The notes beneath the pieces were generated by a model, which was not told the DNA's origin, ran no database searches, and was given only the letters and a program-made list of their open reading frames with translations. The position numbers and the translations under genes were made by a program. This document shows positions 1 to 12,736 of a stretch of 64,000 bases of DNA, piece after piece. This DNA is from Yuukianura sp. NJ FZ-2021. Taxonomy: Eukaryota. Each line of letters starts with the position of its first letter. Position 1 is the stretch's first letter. The stretch lies in NCBI GenBank assembly GCA_046563655.1, contig CM102285.1, positions 4,340,001-4,404,000 on the forward strand, given 5' to 3'.

Positions 1-776
1 CCATGTTGCTTTCAGCAACTAAGCTACAGAAAAGCCAGGGATTATTTTGCGTAACCTTATCTGAATCTGGTCAGTTCCGGCGATTCGGACACTCGAAATG
101 GGAGTGAAAAAACAAGTCCAGTTGTGGAATTTGAATAATCGAATGCGGAATTGCTCGAAGCCTGCAACGAACGATGGAAATGCTGGCAGTGTTTTAGCCT
201 TTGTGAATATGAATCCACACTCGTCACTGAGAGAAATGAGCGGTCATGCTGGAATCTTTGTGCGGTCAATCCGACAAATTATTAAGAAAGAAAAATTTCA
301 CCCATAAAGTTCCTATAGGAACTTAATCTGTAAAGCATGTAGGGTGAACATTGTAAAGCATGTATACTGTAGACATGCTTTACAAAATGGAAATCCTGAG
401 AACAGGATGGATTTCTGTGAGGGAATGCTGGATGTGTGTGACCGGGATCTTACTTTGACTTCCTAGATCTGATTGACTGATGTAGACACATTTTGCCTAA
501 ATGGAAAGATGAACCATTATAACTTCCGGTGCGTTTTCTAAAAGTAAGCTTAACTTCCGATTAAGTAACTGTGTTTTAAAGTAGAATTTTATGGTCACTT
601 TGAGAACCAAATCTAATTCGTTTAGTTTCAGTTAGAATAACGTACTTGTATTTTATCAGTAAATGTATCACAAATTTTCACTTTTTTGCGCTTCGGTGCA
701 AGTTTCCCCCCAAAATTACGAAAATAAACAAAATATTTATAATCGAGGTGTCTACTTTTGGCTGCCACACCCTGTA
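1..776 (+). mobile_element. Degenerate Tc1/mariner-superfamily transposon remnant, right end
   Basis: Broken frames read MNPHSSLREMSGHAGIFVRSIRQIIKKEKFHP* and ENRMDFCEGMLDVCDRDLTLTS*I*LTDVDTFCLNGKMNHYNFR, resembling the HTH and first catalytic-Asp region. Ends in CCACACCCTG-TA, the reverse complement of a TA-CAGGGTGT terminus. Confidence 0.7.
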
Positions 777-821
777 CTTTCGCAAAAAACAATTAAAAAC
801 CGGCTCGTGAGACTACCTTAA

Positions 822-2572
822 GGACGGCTTATTGTGGATTATTTAACACGAGTCGTTTCTGTTAACAACTGCAAATCCGGTTTCTGTTTAACAACAGACA
901 TCGGCATATTTGTTCGTTTTCACACAAATCACTTAGCGGAGGAATCAGAGTGGAATACGGAGATTCGTTGTACCTTTCGTACAAACATTCAAAGAGTTGC
1001 CGATGTCTTGGTGATTTACTTCAATTCGAAATTAAACATCCGGAATTTTTACTCAGTTGGTAAAAACCGTGCCAGGGACCCTCAGGGTGGACTTAGAAAT
1101 GAGATTAATGGTATCAACATTTGTAAAAAGCGATTGCGGGGTTTTCTATAGGATAAAAAGTTAGAAATTCCATCTTTTAAACCTAGAAAACAACGATTAT
1201 TCGTTAACTACTTCTGCTTTATCGCCTGTAACTTTTAAACGAGCTAACGCTTTTAAGGTTTGATTCTATAGAATATCCCACCATGCTCTTCCGCATGTTT
1301 TGATACCTTACTTGACCTTCTACGTCGACCCTACGATTTTTAACTGACTTTAGAAAATGGTCAATTTTGAGTACTTATCAGACCTCTTCGTTGCCGAGCT
1401 AACAGAGCCTTAAGGAGGGACATCAGGTCAATAAAAATAACGTCAAAGAATGTTTTGCAGACATGGCAACGACTGGGAATTGAGAATTTACAACTGCGTA
1501 ATCATGAAAACCCCGAACGGGTGGATTTTTTACGATTGAAATTTTGCACAACTCAGCCTAACTCGCGAATCACTCCGTTAAATTTCAAATTTGACAACCA
1601 TTTGCGGTTTTTCTAAAACTGTTTGGAACAATAAATTCGGCAAAATGGCCACTCGATTTTTTAAGATTTAAATATCGTTTTATATCAACTTTTGGGTGTA
1701 GATTCCGAATCTGAAATCCATTTTTGGCGGTCACACCTCTTTCTTGGTAAGATTCATTAATTAAGATTCTAATGAGGATTTTACATACAGAATGAAATTT
1801 TTTATTATGTAACCAATGGAGATTAGAAATTGTTGCTGTTAAATGCTAACCAAACCTAACGCGCGCCTTCGGCGCGGGGGTATAACAAACTACAATTCTT
1901 GGTATCCATTGGTTACACTTGGAATTCTCATTCTCAGGTTGCCCCAACTCTTGGTGACGTAATACGAAATTGTAAATTGGAAACAAAAAAATCTTGAACT
2001 TTGATTTAATTTTTAGGGGAATTGCTGGATGATTGGTACAACTCTCAGAAAACTACGGCCACACTTTTCGCATTAGCATACGTTGGAGAATATCGCCCAA
2101 ATCTTTTTTTCTGCCTTTTCGCAACCGTTTAGCAATAGGAAGCAAAATATGGCAAAAATACGATGTTTTCAGGAATGTCCTTCAGAAAACCTATGTTTTC
2201 TGGTTGAAGCGCCCAGTTTCGTTGAAAACCCCGCAGTCGCATTTCACAAATTTTGATACCATTAATCGTATTTCTAAGTCCATTTTAAGGGTCCCTGGCA
2301 CAAATTTTACAAACAGAGCAAAAATTCCGGAAGTTTAATATCGAATTGAACTAAATCACCTAATGTCTAAGACATCGGCAATGTCTAAGACATCGGCAAC
2401 TGTTTCTATGTTTGTACGAAAGGTAAAACGAATCTCCGCATTCCACTCTGATTCCTCCGCTAAGTGATTTGCGTGAAAACGAACAAATGCCGATGTCTGT
2501 TGTTAAACCGAAACCGAATTTGCAGTTGTTAACAGAAACGATTGGTGTTAAATAATCAACCATAAGCCGTCC
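822..2572. mobile_element. Non-autonomous DNA transposon with ~330-bp TIRs and TTAA target site (Kolobok-like)
   Basis: 822-1145 is an imperfect inverted repeat of 2225-2572. Termini are TTAA|GGACGGCTTAT and ATAAGCCGTCC|TTAA; GG ends with TTAA fit Kolobok better than piggyBac. Confidence 0.75.
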
Positions 2573-4005
2573 TTAAGGACGTGTGGTATGCGTCTAATAA
2601 ACAATAATCGTTAGATTTTGTAACTACGATAACCGAGCTTGTGCAGTTTAGTAAAAGATGCAGACATCGACAAAAAGAAGCACCATCGTGAGTGCTGAAA
2701 AAGGATCAGTGCAAATATGATAAAAAAAATGTATGCACTTTCAAACAAACAAAATACTGACGCAAGTTCGGTTGCCGTCGCTCGGGTTTTGTAAACAATT
2801 TATACTGACTGAGAATGCGACATTGAAATTGAGAAATGGTTTTGCTCAGCGAAGGAATGTCGTACAGTGACCCACAATATACCAAACTTTAGGAAAAGAC
2901 TTGATCTAGTACCCTGCTGAGAAAAATTACAAAATTTTAGTAACCTAACAAAATTTTAGTTCTAACTGTGAAAAAAGTTGACCCAAACATTCCACTTCCA
3001 TATTTACATAGATAGAACTAAAATTTTGTAATTTTTTCCCGGGATACTAGGTCACGTCTTTTCCTGAAGTTTGATATATTGTGGGCCATTGTATGACATT
3101 CCTACCCTGAGCTACACCGTTTTTCATTTCATGAGTTACAGCCGAATTTTGACCTTCCGTTTCCAAGGTATTCGCACACCTTAAGCCGTATTTTCTATAT
3201 GTAGACCGAAATGTAGACCTAATGAAAACACTTGAGCCAAACATAACCCCCCCCCGACTGCGATGGGGCTAATGTTTCAATGGAAAAGGTCCTAAAAAAT
3301 GTGACAGACGGACAAAGTCGTATCAATAGTCTTCTTAGCATGTCGAAGACATGCGTCTCCAGAAGACTAATGGAAAAACTAAAAATTCAAAAATAAATTT
3401 TCTTGAAACTTGTATGAAAGAATTGGAAAAGTTGCCTGTACAGATGAAGAATTTTGCAAGCGTAGGAGGAAACTTTTGCGGTTGTGCAATACAATTTGAA
3501 GTGTGAAAAATACTTAAAATGAGAATGTGTGAAACGTTGTAATTAAAATATATTCAAATAGATGCATAAGATGTGGAAACGAAAATTGTTATGAATTTTA
3601 GTCTAATATTTTTGATTGTTGTCACGTTTGTTGATGGTTTAATATAAAATGCATATTGAATATAAGGAATTATATTATAATTAAGTAAGCTTATTATTGA
3701 ATGGATTCCTGATCTAAAATGTCAGAAAAATGGAAAAACTAATTAATTATCTTGTTTTTTCGTCGAATAATACGTCATATTTGTAGAATATTAACGATTA
3801 AATTCAATAAATTCAGGCTGTAACTGGCTGTAAATATTTGTGAGTAGATCCAATAAAAGTCTTCTTGACAAAAGCACCACTTTTGGTTTCGTTGGTGTAA
3901 CACCTTGGCAAGTTTTTGATTTATTCTAGAATACTAACGATATTAGAAGAATTGAGAAATTGTGTAACTGAATTTAACATCAATTTTACGTTGTCATTTC
4001 GTTAG

Positions 4006-5914
4006 TCAATTCCTATATCGATTTTTCGTTTGATTGTTGGCTGCAATTTTCTCAACCAAATCAGCAACGGCTGATTGGCTATTCGAAGACCGGATTCTTT
4101 GGCCAATCGTCCGCATGCGTTTCTCCAACAATTCATCTGCCAACAATTCTTCAATTGTTTTCAGTAATTCATCTTCTGTTACCTTGTACGGGTTACATTG
4201 TTTGCCCAACCCAGTTTCTACTACCCTCTGTGCATTGTCCAACTGATCCCAAAGCAGGGGAACAACCAATACCCGTTTACCAAAGTAAAATGACTCTGTA
4301 ATAGTGTTATTGCCACCATGGGTTATCACTAGATCCACCAGAGGGAGTACTTTTGTCTGTGGGACGCTATTTTCGCCCCACATGTTTTCGGGTAACTCAA
4401 ATTCATTTGCCCGCGATCCTGAACTTTAAAAAGAAGTATAACGCATTACCTGCATTCTGTTTTACAATCTTCATAAACATAATACGTGGGAGGTATTGGC
4501 GTAATTAGTAGTAAGCATACCCTTCGAGACGATAAATCTATTGGCTGATTTTGCAAGAATAGAAACTAGTCTCTTCATTAGTTCAATATTGACACATCCA
4601 ATTGATCCCAATGAAAAGTAAATCAGCTTCCCCGTTCCTTCCGCTATTCTTTTCGGCAATTCAACGTCTCCGTCGCCCCGTCTCACAAAGGTGTCGAAGC
4701 GATACCAATTTTTTGGAGCTGGGCGGAGGGAAGTGTAATCAAGTTCCAAAGGATACATGTAAATATTTGCCCACGGAGAAAATTTAACCCAGTAAGGGTG
4801 TATGAACTCCAGCGATGGACCGCCATTTTGTAGCACCCAGTTTCTGAACTCTTCAAAAAAATCTTTGTTGACTATACGACTTTCCTCGTGAAATTTTTTC
4901 CAGAGTTCTCGGTCACCGTCGGTTGGGTATCCGGAACATGCCGGCGGTACGTTCACGTTGGAAATTCCAAGCGGGTTGCAGGATACAGAAAACACCCAGG
5001 GAACATCTTTATATAATTGATGAAACTACAAGGTGTCCAACAATTTAATGCAACAGTTGATTAGCTGTGTTGATCGCAATTGGTTGGTTCTTAATTTAAT
5101 TCAATCATATTTTGATTTAGACTGAAGCATTTGATTGAACCATGAGTTTAAAACAGAATATGATTGATTTAAAAAACCTATTAACTTGAATCAACATAGC
5201 TAATCAGCTGCTGCATTAAATTGTTGGACACCCCGTGTATTGCATGTATCGGGGTTTCGAAAAGCCAGCATACACTTTCTCCAGTTTCATGCACATAAGA
5301 GGGGTGACGCTCCAGCAAAGAAAAAGTGAGACACCACCTTGTACACAAATCTCCATATGTGTCTCCTGCTGTTTTCTGGCCGCAGTCCTCAGATCGGTGA
5401 AAGTTTATGCCTTTTTGAAACCTCGATACCTTATGTTCATTAGTAGAATTTAGACACATCAACTTTGGTCAATTTTGGTTTGGTTCAACATTAACTCCTT
5501 ACCATCTCTCATAAAGGCAGGAATATGAATAGTGAAATCCACAACAACTGCGTCAGGTTTGACCGTGTCCATGATTTCCTTGAACCTAGGATGTTGGTAC
5601 TTCAGTTGCCTAAAACCCTCCTTCATTGTCGGAGTATGTACATTTCCAATAAGTTCAATAGATGGCATCCACCTTGCATTTTGAACAACAATATCGTTGA
5701 ACTTATTTGCAGCAGCATCTATTCCTTCTTCAGGTTCTAAATAAAGTTCTTCAATGAAACCTTGTTTAGCAAAGTTTCCTCTCCAGCTTAAGGGCGTCGC
5801 GAACACAACTTTGTGTCCTCGATCTCTTAGTCCTTCCGCAATTCCAATACAAGCATTGAGATGCCCTGTGCCGTCAACAGCAGCAAAAAGAAATGTATAC
5901 TGTGAGTGTGACAT
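4006..5914 (-). CDS. UDP-glycosyltransferase (GT1), bacterial/MGT-like cytosolic type; 3 exons (5914-5503, 5006-4521, 4418-4006)
   Basis: N-terminal FAAVDGTGHLNACIG catalytic His motif, IYFSLGS, and UDPGT signature VPQTKVLPLVDLVITHGGNNTITESFYFGKRVLVVPLLWDQLDNA. GT-AG introns join in frame. No signal peptide or C-terminal TM helix. Confidence 0.92.
5027..5239. mobile_element. Tc1/mariner-type MITE in UGT intron 1
   Basis: TACAAGGTGTCCAACAATTTAATGCAACAGTTGATTAGCT at the left and its imperfect reverse complement ending GGACACCCCGTGTA at the right. Confidence 0.7.
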
Positions 5915-6279
5915 TTCAAACACTGCAGCTTCCAACCCTTTGAAACCGACACACAAGATGATCTTTTCTATTATACTAATTATTTAAATACTTATATTAA
6001 ATATTTAAAACATTGATGTCCTTACATTTGCCACTCGACGTAAATACTGATTGTTAGAATATGGTACTCGACTGTATATAACTAGAGTCATAGGTTCTTA
6101 TCATTTTTGACAAGTAGAGGGCAAGAGCAAACGCCCTTTACTTGTCCTTCCTTAAGCTAATGTTCTGTAACCATCGTCAGCAGTAGAGATTGTGGAATAG
6201 TTTTATTTGTTAACCATGACATTCAAGGTTACTTGAGACAAAACTATTACTTGCTACTTGTGTAGTTGGTCTCAATCCT

Positions 6280-6828
6280 GATGACTTCGATGAAGTGATG
6301 GTAAATCAACTTCTCACAAGAAGGCATAGAAAAGTATCACCAGACGATTCGCCACTAAACAGTAAGTTGACAAATCGATGTCTACTGGCAAGTCACTCCC
6401 AAATGCGTATGGTTGCTAAGTGGTTTTTGTTAACGGGAAAAAACGTGAGCCGTGCGCACGAGCGCAATTGCGATTAGCGAAATTTTGGTGAAATTGAATG
6501 AAAAATGACGCCCAGGTTATGATTTTTAAAAAAGGTGCGCCATCTGTTCTAGAAACGGGTGATCAAGGCTTCCTTGTCACAAACTGTGGAAGAAAACAAA
6601 ATGATTTGAATAATCGGAGCGTTTGCGAAACTCTAACCTTTTCGTATTTGACCTTGATAGAGGCACTTGAGGTCAAATAAAGAATAGCGTTGAGGTCCTC
6701 GGTTCATCCGTAATCGATGACCGAAAACCTCATCCGAATCGGTTCAATTGTTCGCAAGTTATAATCGGGACTTACATACAGACGGACGGACAATGCGATC
6801 TCTAAGAGTATCTGACGATACTTAATAA
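6280..6828. repeat. Interspersed repeat, Helentron/HINE (DINE-1)-like, copy 1
   Basis: Closely similar to 12737-13290. Ends in a GACG/GACA microsatellite plus terminal hairpin AGTATC-tgac-GATACT followed by TAATAA. Confidence 0.6.
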
Positions 6829-7437
6829 TGTGATTTGATTTCTGATGTAATAGAATAGAGATGTGATTCACGAATCACGAATAGTGTATGTATATTAAAA
6901 TGTGAACAGAACTTTCACGGCAAATATCATGAACGTAGGTTTTTGAAACACTGCAAGTACAATGGGATTGCCGTGGATGTTTTTTAAGTACTCATTATGC
7001 AAATAGCATTTTTTCTACCCATATTTCCAATTAACCACTGCAAACTCAAACTGATGACAAAAGAAAGTTATAAAACTGTGTCATTCGAACTTTCGGATAG
7101 GCACATCAATCCTTGTTTCAGGGCGAAAAAAATACAAAGTTACTACACTAATTTCAATAAAAGCCGGGAATTTTTATAGCTGAAAAATTTTCACGGCATC
7201 AAACTTAATCCCACAGGAAGTTTCCTTCAGCAATTGGAGCGCAGTTCCAGTTCATATTTTAATTTGTCCAAAACGGTAGAGTCAGTTTTAGTAAAACATT
7301 GATTTGATACGCTACTCGTAATTTCTCTTAAATTATATATGTTACTAGTCAAAGACGTAAGTTTTTATAACTTTTTGTGGCTACAGTTATACTCACATAC
7401 AGATTACTATAAGTTGTAAAGAATCTAGTAGAATAAT

Positions 7438-8075
7438 TATTAAGTAGCGAAAGTATGAGCTACTTTATGGTTTTCCCTGAGTCTGTTTGTCTGTCCGTAC
7501 GTCCGTCTGGTGGTCAAGCTAGCTCTGGAACCGCTGGACAGATTTTCAATCTGTCTTCACAGATGAACTTGACATGGTCTGGGGGTAAACCATCGGTGTA
7601 TGGTTTCACCGGAAGTAAACCCCTTAAGGGTCAAAGGTCAAGGTCAAGTACATTTTTGCAGGAAATCGGGAAAATGACCCTTACAAAAGTTGTTCATCTC
7701 ATCGAGACGAACAACTTTTGTATAGGTGACCTTGACCTTTGACCTGGGGTTCTGGAGATGTAGACGTTAGAATTTGCAAAATGGCGTCGCTATTGCTACG
7801 CGCGTCCATAACTCCAGAACTATGGGACCGATTTTAAATCTGCTTTCACAGTTGCGCTTCCCATGTTCCATGGGTGTCTAATGCGTGTCCACCTTGACCG
7901 GAAGCTGTCCTGGTCCGGGTCAAAGGTCACGGTCAAATACATTTGTGACGGAAATCGAAAAAATGACCTCTACAAAAGTTGTTTATCTCATTGTGGTGAG
8001 CAACTTTTGTAAAGGTGACCTTGACGTTTGACCTATGGTTTTAAAGATATAGACGATAGAATTTGCAAAATTGGC
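7438..8075. repeat. HINE-like non-autonomous element with ~300-bp internal tandem units
   Basis: Hairpin AAGTAGC..GCTACTT followed by a GTCTGTCCGT microsatellite. Two internal units carry TGACCTTGACCTTTGACC motifs. A reverse-oriented relative lies at 14140-14625. Confidence 0.6.
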
Positions 8076-8085
8076 GTCCCTCGTC

Positions 8086-8790
8086 CAGTCTTGTACTGTC
8101 TTCCGGAAGATTCTTCAAATGAAGCCGTCTTCCGGCTTCATTCTTCCGACTTCCGGAAGTATTGAAGACGGAAGCCCGGAAGACCAAATATTCTTTGGAA
8201 GCCGGAGGCTGGAAGCCTGGAAGACAAAAGAATCTGTGGAAGTCGGAGGCTGGAAGACTGGAAGACAAAATATTATTTGGAAGCCGGAGGCCGGAAGCTT
8301 GGAAGACAAAAGATTCTTTGGAAGCCGGAAGACGGAAGCCCGGAAGACAAAACATTCTTTGGAAGCCGGAAGCCGGAAGCCTGGAAGACAAAAGATTCTC
8401 TGGAAGCCGGAGGCCGGAAGACAAAATATCCTCCGGAAGCCGGAAGACTGCAATACAAAAATCCCCTGGAAGCCTTGGAAGACAAAACATTCTCCGGAAG
8501 CCGGAGGTCGGAAGCCGTGAAGACAAGAGAATCTTTGGAAGCCGGAGGCCGGAAGACTGGAAGACAAGAAATTCCCTGGAAGCCGGAGGTCGGAAGCCGT
8601 GAAGACGAAACATTCGCTGGAAGCCGGAGGTCGGAAGCCGTGAAGACAAAACATTCTCTGGAAGCCGGAGGTCGGAAGCCGTGAAGACAAGAGAATCCTT
8701 GGAAGCCGGAAGTCGGAAGACTGGAAGCCGAATCAGCTGTTTCTCTTCGGAAGCCGTGAAGACTGGAAGCCGGAAGACAGTACAAGACTG
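8086..8790. mobile_element. MITE with perfect 20-bp TIRs filled with a GGAAG-rich minisatellite
   Basis: CAGTCTTGTACTGTCTTCCG (8086) and CGGAAGACAGTACAAGACTG (8771-8790). The interior is ~38-bp tandem units such as GGAAGACAAAACATTCTTTGGAAGCCGGA. Flanks CCCTCGTC / CGCCTCGTC are an imperfect TSD. Confidence 0.8.
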
Positions 8791-9104
8791 CGCCTCGTCC
8801 AACTCGGGAGAGTATGACCTACTTTATGTTTTCCCTCGAGTCTGTCTGTCTGTCCGTCTGTCTGTCTGCACTATAACTAACTATACCTCCGAAACCACTG
8901 GACCGATTTGCAACCTGTCTGCGGGCAGACATGTACATTTTTACAGAACAAATACGAAAAGTATTCGAATGTTATGTCCCCGAGTAGTCAAAATGAAAAT
9001 TCTGTGCGGTTTGTTGAGTCATGAACTTGTGCCATTACCCATCCACACACAAAAAATGACGAGAAATATATCTACCACTATTGTACTTTTTTTTCCAAAA
9101 ACTT

Positions 9105-9537
9105 TACTAACGAGGAAACCATTTGGCGTGATCTCGAAATTTTGAATTTAGAAACTACAGTCATATTCTGCATGTCAAAAGAAAATTTTCTGCAGCAGTT
9201 TTGCTTGCCAACGCCAAAAAAAATATACCCCAACCTGGACTCGAATACGTGCCCCTGATCCCAAATAAAGAGAAAAAATATTAGATTTCCTCAACAGTAA
9301 ACGTACAGAATGTACGACATAACATCCTAAAGACGTTTTCTGTTAAAAAATTTCACATAAAATTTTTCCTCTCGCTCCCATGAAGTAAGCCCACGGGTTC
9401 GAGCCCAGGTCGGGGTAATTTTTTTTGGCGTTGGCAATCGAAACTACTGCAGAATTTTTTGGCATACAGAATGTGACTGGAATTTTTAAATTCAAAATTT
9501 CGAGATCACGCCAAAAGGAAAGGTTGCCCTCGTAAGT
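9105..9537. mobile_element. Foldback/MITE with ~130-bp inverted arms
   Basis: 9123-9245 is the imperfect reverse complement of 9398-9513 (TTGGCGTGATCTCGAAATTTTGAATTT ... AAATTCAAAATTTCGAGATCACGCCAA). Confidence 0.7.
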
Positions 9538-9583
9538 TTTATCACAGTATTACACTTGAAATATATTTTAATTCAATTAAACC

Positions 9584-11695
9584 GAAGAAGAGTCTGGTGG
9601 TAGCTACGACGAATCAGTCCTTTACTTGTAATTTGGAATTCTGAATTAGGTTTAGAAGGAAATTTAGATCTTGTGAAAAATGGGTACAAGGTGGTTATTA
9701 TCGCCTTAGCGTAACCATGGGAAAAAAATTCGATTCTAGGAATAAACAAACTGCACAGAATTTTGACTCTAAATGTTAATAAAAACCTCAGTTTTCAATA
9801 GACAGGTTTTTAATGTTTCCAATTATTTTGCAAGGTAAATATTTCATTTGAACAAAACCATTGCTACATGATTAGCCTGATATTTCGTAGCATGGGAAAG
9901 AATTAAAAGTCAAAGTATGAAGATTAAAGTATGAAGATTTGGAAAACTTTTGTTTAAGCTGAATTTCAACACCCACAGCCACATCGGTTACATCCACATC
10001 CACACGACCTTCCGCAGTTAGCGTTGCAGGTTACAGAACAGCCTTGCTGAAGACTTGCATTGCTGAGCTGACACAAAACTTGATGCGTAACTGGTCGGTC
10101 TTGAAACCATTTTCCGTAGTCACTTGTGCCCTTTCCCGATGGATAGGAGCGAAGGTACATATAGTCGTTGGTCGCATCTCCTCCGGGATTTCCAATGGGA
10201 TTCCCCCAGTTAGCGTACGTAAAAGGCGTACCGTCGGACCAAGTCCATTGACCTGAAACTCCCAACGGTTGTCGACGACCACCAGTGAGCAGCCAATCGG
10301 ATGCTTTCGGAATAACTGTCGCGGAAATGAACGCATCTTCTTGCGACGTTTCAATGTTGGCTAGAACGGCTCCAGCATCTTTACATAGTTTGTCAGCATC
10401 TGTCCACGGCATGGCAGTCTTGTCCATGATCTTGTAACATTTTCCCAGGGGACTTGGGCCGTCCCAACCATTGGAACAAGTTTGCTCGGAGAAAACGACA
10501 AATTGCACTAGAGAAAAGTACGAATTGAAATTATATACATTGATGCATTGAATCTTTCGAGCTTTAGAAAAGCATTAGTTTTGATATAAACTAACTCAAC
10601 CTGATTACTATTAATATCAATAATATGGATTAATTAACGAAATAATAATTCTGAATTTAGTTCGTTACGGCAAAGAATTGCAATGGCTTGAATTGCAACG
10701 CTCATGTTGTCGAAGTGGTTGTGTCAGCGACTCGTGACCTTTTAACCTTTGAAATTACTGCAGGAATTGGTGTAGAAAGTAACAACTGGAATATTTGTGA
10801 ACAAAAAGTTGAAATATTTATATACGGCTGTGCTTGCCGCAGCATCGCTATCTTTCTTTAATATTGTTATTAAGGGCTTTTTATCCTCCTAGAACTAATT
10901 TGTTTTAGATTACAAATAACATTATTCCGCTTGTCACTAGTTTTAAAATTTCGAAATGACCGTGAACTTTTTTCACAGTTTTTGTGAACGTTTCTCCCCA
11001 ATCAATTAGGCTAATTGCTCTCTTAATTTGTTATTCATTCCAGTTATCTATTTCCTCCATAATTTTCTATAATTTCCAAAATATTATTAAATTCTATTTT
11101 TTAAGTATTCGTGTACATATGGTTCCAATTTAGATTGAGTTCTACTTCCAACCGTTATAGGTATCGGAACTTTAAAATTCACTGGAGTTAGGAGCATTGT
11201 AGAATAAAGACTGCCCTAAATCTACCCGAGTATACCTCCAGTGTCCAAAATGTTTGATTTTGTAATGGCTCAGCGTACTTTTTGAACACTGGAAACTGAC
11301 TTTAAGGATTAATTGTTGACAAAATGAGCAAATTCTAGTGGAAAGAAATATCTCCTTGTAATTAATTAATGTTAGCAACTGAATGGACTCAAAATGTGTT
11401 AATTACAGGAATTAACAACTCAATTAAGGCTATGACAGACGAACAAGAAAAGTGCGGGAAAATTTTGATGCCACCCAAATTGGCAGTCTCATTGGTCGTC
11501 TGTCATATGCACCGATATTGGTGCACCCCATGTCGTGCACTTGGCCGATTTTTCTGCATGCACTAATAAAGATTCCTCGGAGGAATCTTATTTTTGGTGC
11601 AGTAGAAAAATTGGCGTGCTCTGATTGGCCGGTGGGAGACTCAACCTTATTTGAATACTTCTCGCCACCTTTCACTTTTACTTCACCAATTTCGT
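9584..11695. repeat. Tandem segmental duplication, copy 1 (copy 2 = 14799-16909)
   Basis: Near-identical ~2.1 kb from GAAGAAGAGTCTGGTGGTAGC to CACTTTTACTTCA, containing the lectin gene, its intron and upstream region. Confidence 0.93.
9966..10705 (-). CDS. Secreted C-type lectin-domain protein with Cys-rich tail, copy 1; exons 10705-10669, 10507-9966
   Basis: Spliced signal peptide MSVAIQAIAILCLQFVVFS. CTLD motifs CSNGW, KCYK, WTDADKLC, LANIETSQE, WTWSDGTPFTYANW, VLCQ. Tail CSVTCNANCGRSCGCGCNRCGCGC*. Confidence 0.9.
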
Positions 11696-12736
11696 TATTT
11701 TGCAAGCAATAATTAAAATTACATTACCTTGCCTGTCACAGAATTTAGGTTTGCAACGAAGTATGCCACTTATTGCTGCTGTTAACGTGGAAACATTCCT
11801 AATGTGGTCAAAACCATAGGTCAAAATTGTCACGAATGACAACATACCTAAAATCAGAGTGTAGGAAATGTGGCTATTTTTAAATTTTGACTATTTAGGG
11901 AATTTGACAGAAGCGGTGCCAGAAATATTTGAAAATGGATAGCGACCGTTTTTCTCTTTCGACTGCTGGTAGAAAAAAGAAGGAACTTGACTTTTTGGGA
12001 ACTAAAAAATTGAGAAATCAAAAAAGTAAAGTAATAATTACTTTACTTTTTATTTACAATTATTGTAAATAGATCCGATAAGAAGTAAGAAATTTTGGCT
12101 CTGATTAAGAATTTAAAAGATTTGATTTGTTTTGGACTTGAAAGTAAACAAACATAACAAATTAAAAATCAGTCAGTATTTTTACTTTCGTTGGTTGGGG
12201 GTTAAAGTGTCCGGGATTTGATAGCCACTGATCAACGGGTAGGCGAACAGTGCCTAAGTTAGAATTGGATCGTTTATCTAACACAGTGTTAAGGGTGATT
12301 TCACACAAAACTGGCTAAACTTTACACGATTCGGAAGCTGCTTATACAAGTGCCGTGGAACGGAACGTGATAATTGGTAACATAAAGTTCAAGACGTTGA
12401 AAGACTCTGACGTGGTGTAGTTTTCAGGTGAACCGTAGTTGCTCGCGGTATACATTTTCTCAAAATATATTGCAAATATTTCGGTGGAAAGAATCAAATA
12501 AACCAATTCTACAAAATTACTAAAAGCAAAAATGCTTATTGCCTGTTCCGAATTTCGGAAGTAATTTAATTTAAATTAGTCATTAATTATGAAATTATTG
12601 GAATGTGAAGAGAGTTCGTGACAGAATAAGAAAAAAAAAATTCAAAAAAGACATAAACCGCTCCATCCATTCATTCCATTCATATATCGTCGCCTGACCT
12701 CCGATTTTGGCGTTAAGGTATCTCGGCGCGTCTGCT

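Noticed and set aside
6295..6680. Duplicated small ORFs also seen at 12752-13143
   Set aside because: Chance ORFs inside copies of a non-coding interspersed repeat.
8041..8802. Long overlapping ORFs in all six frames
   Set aside because: Produced by a stop-poor minisatellite inside a MITE; not protein-like.
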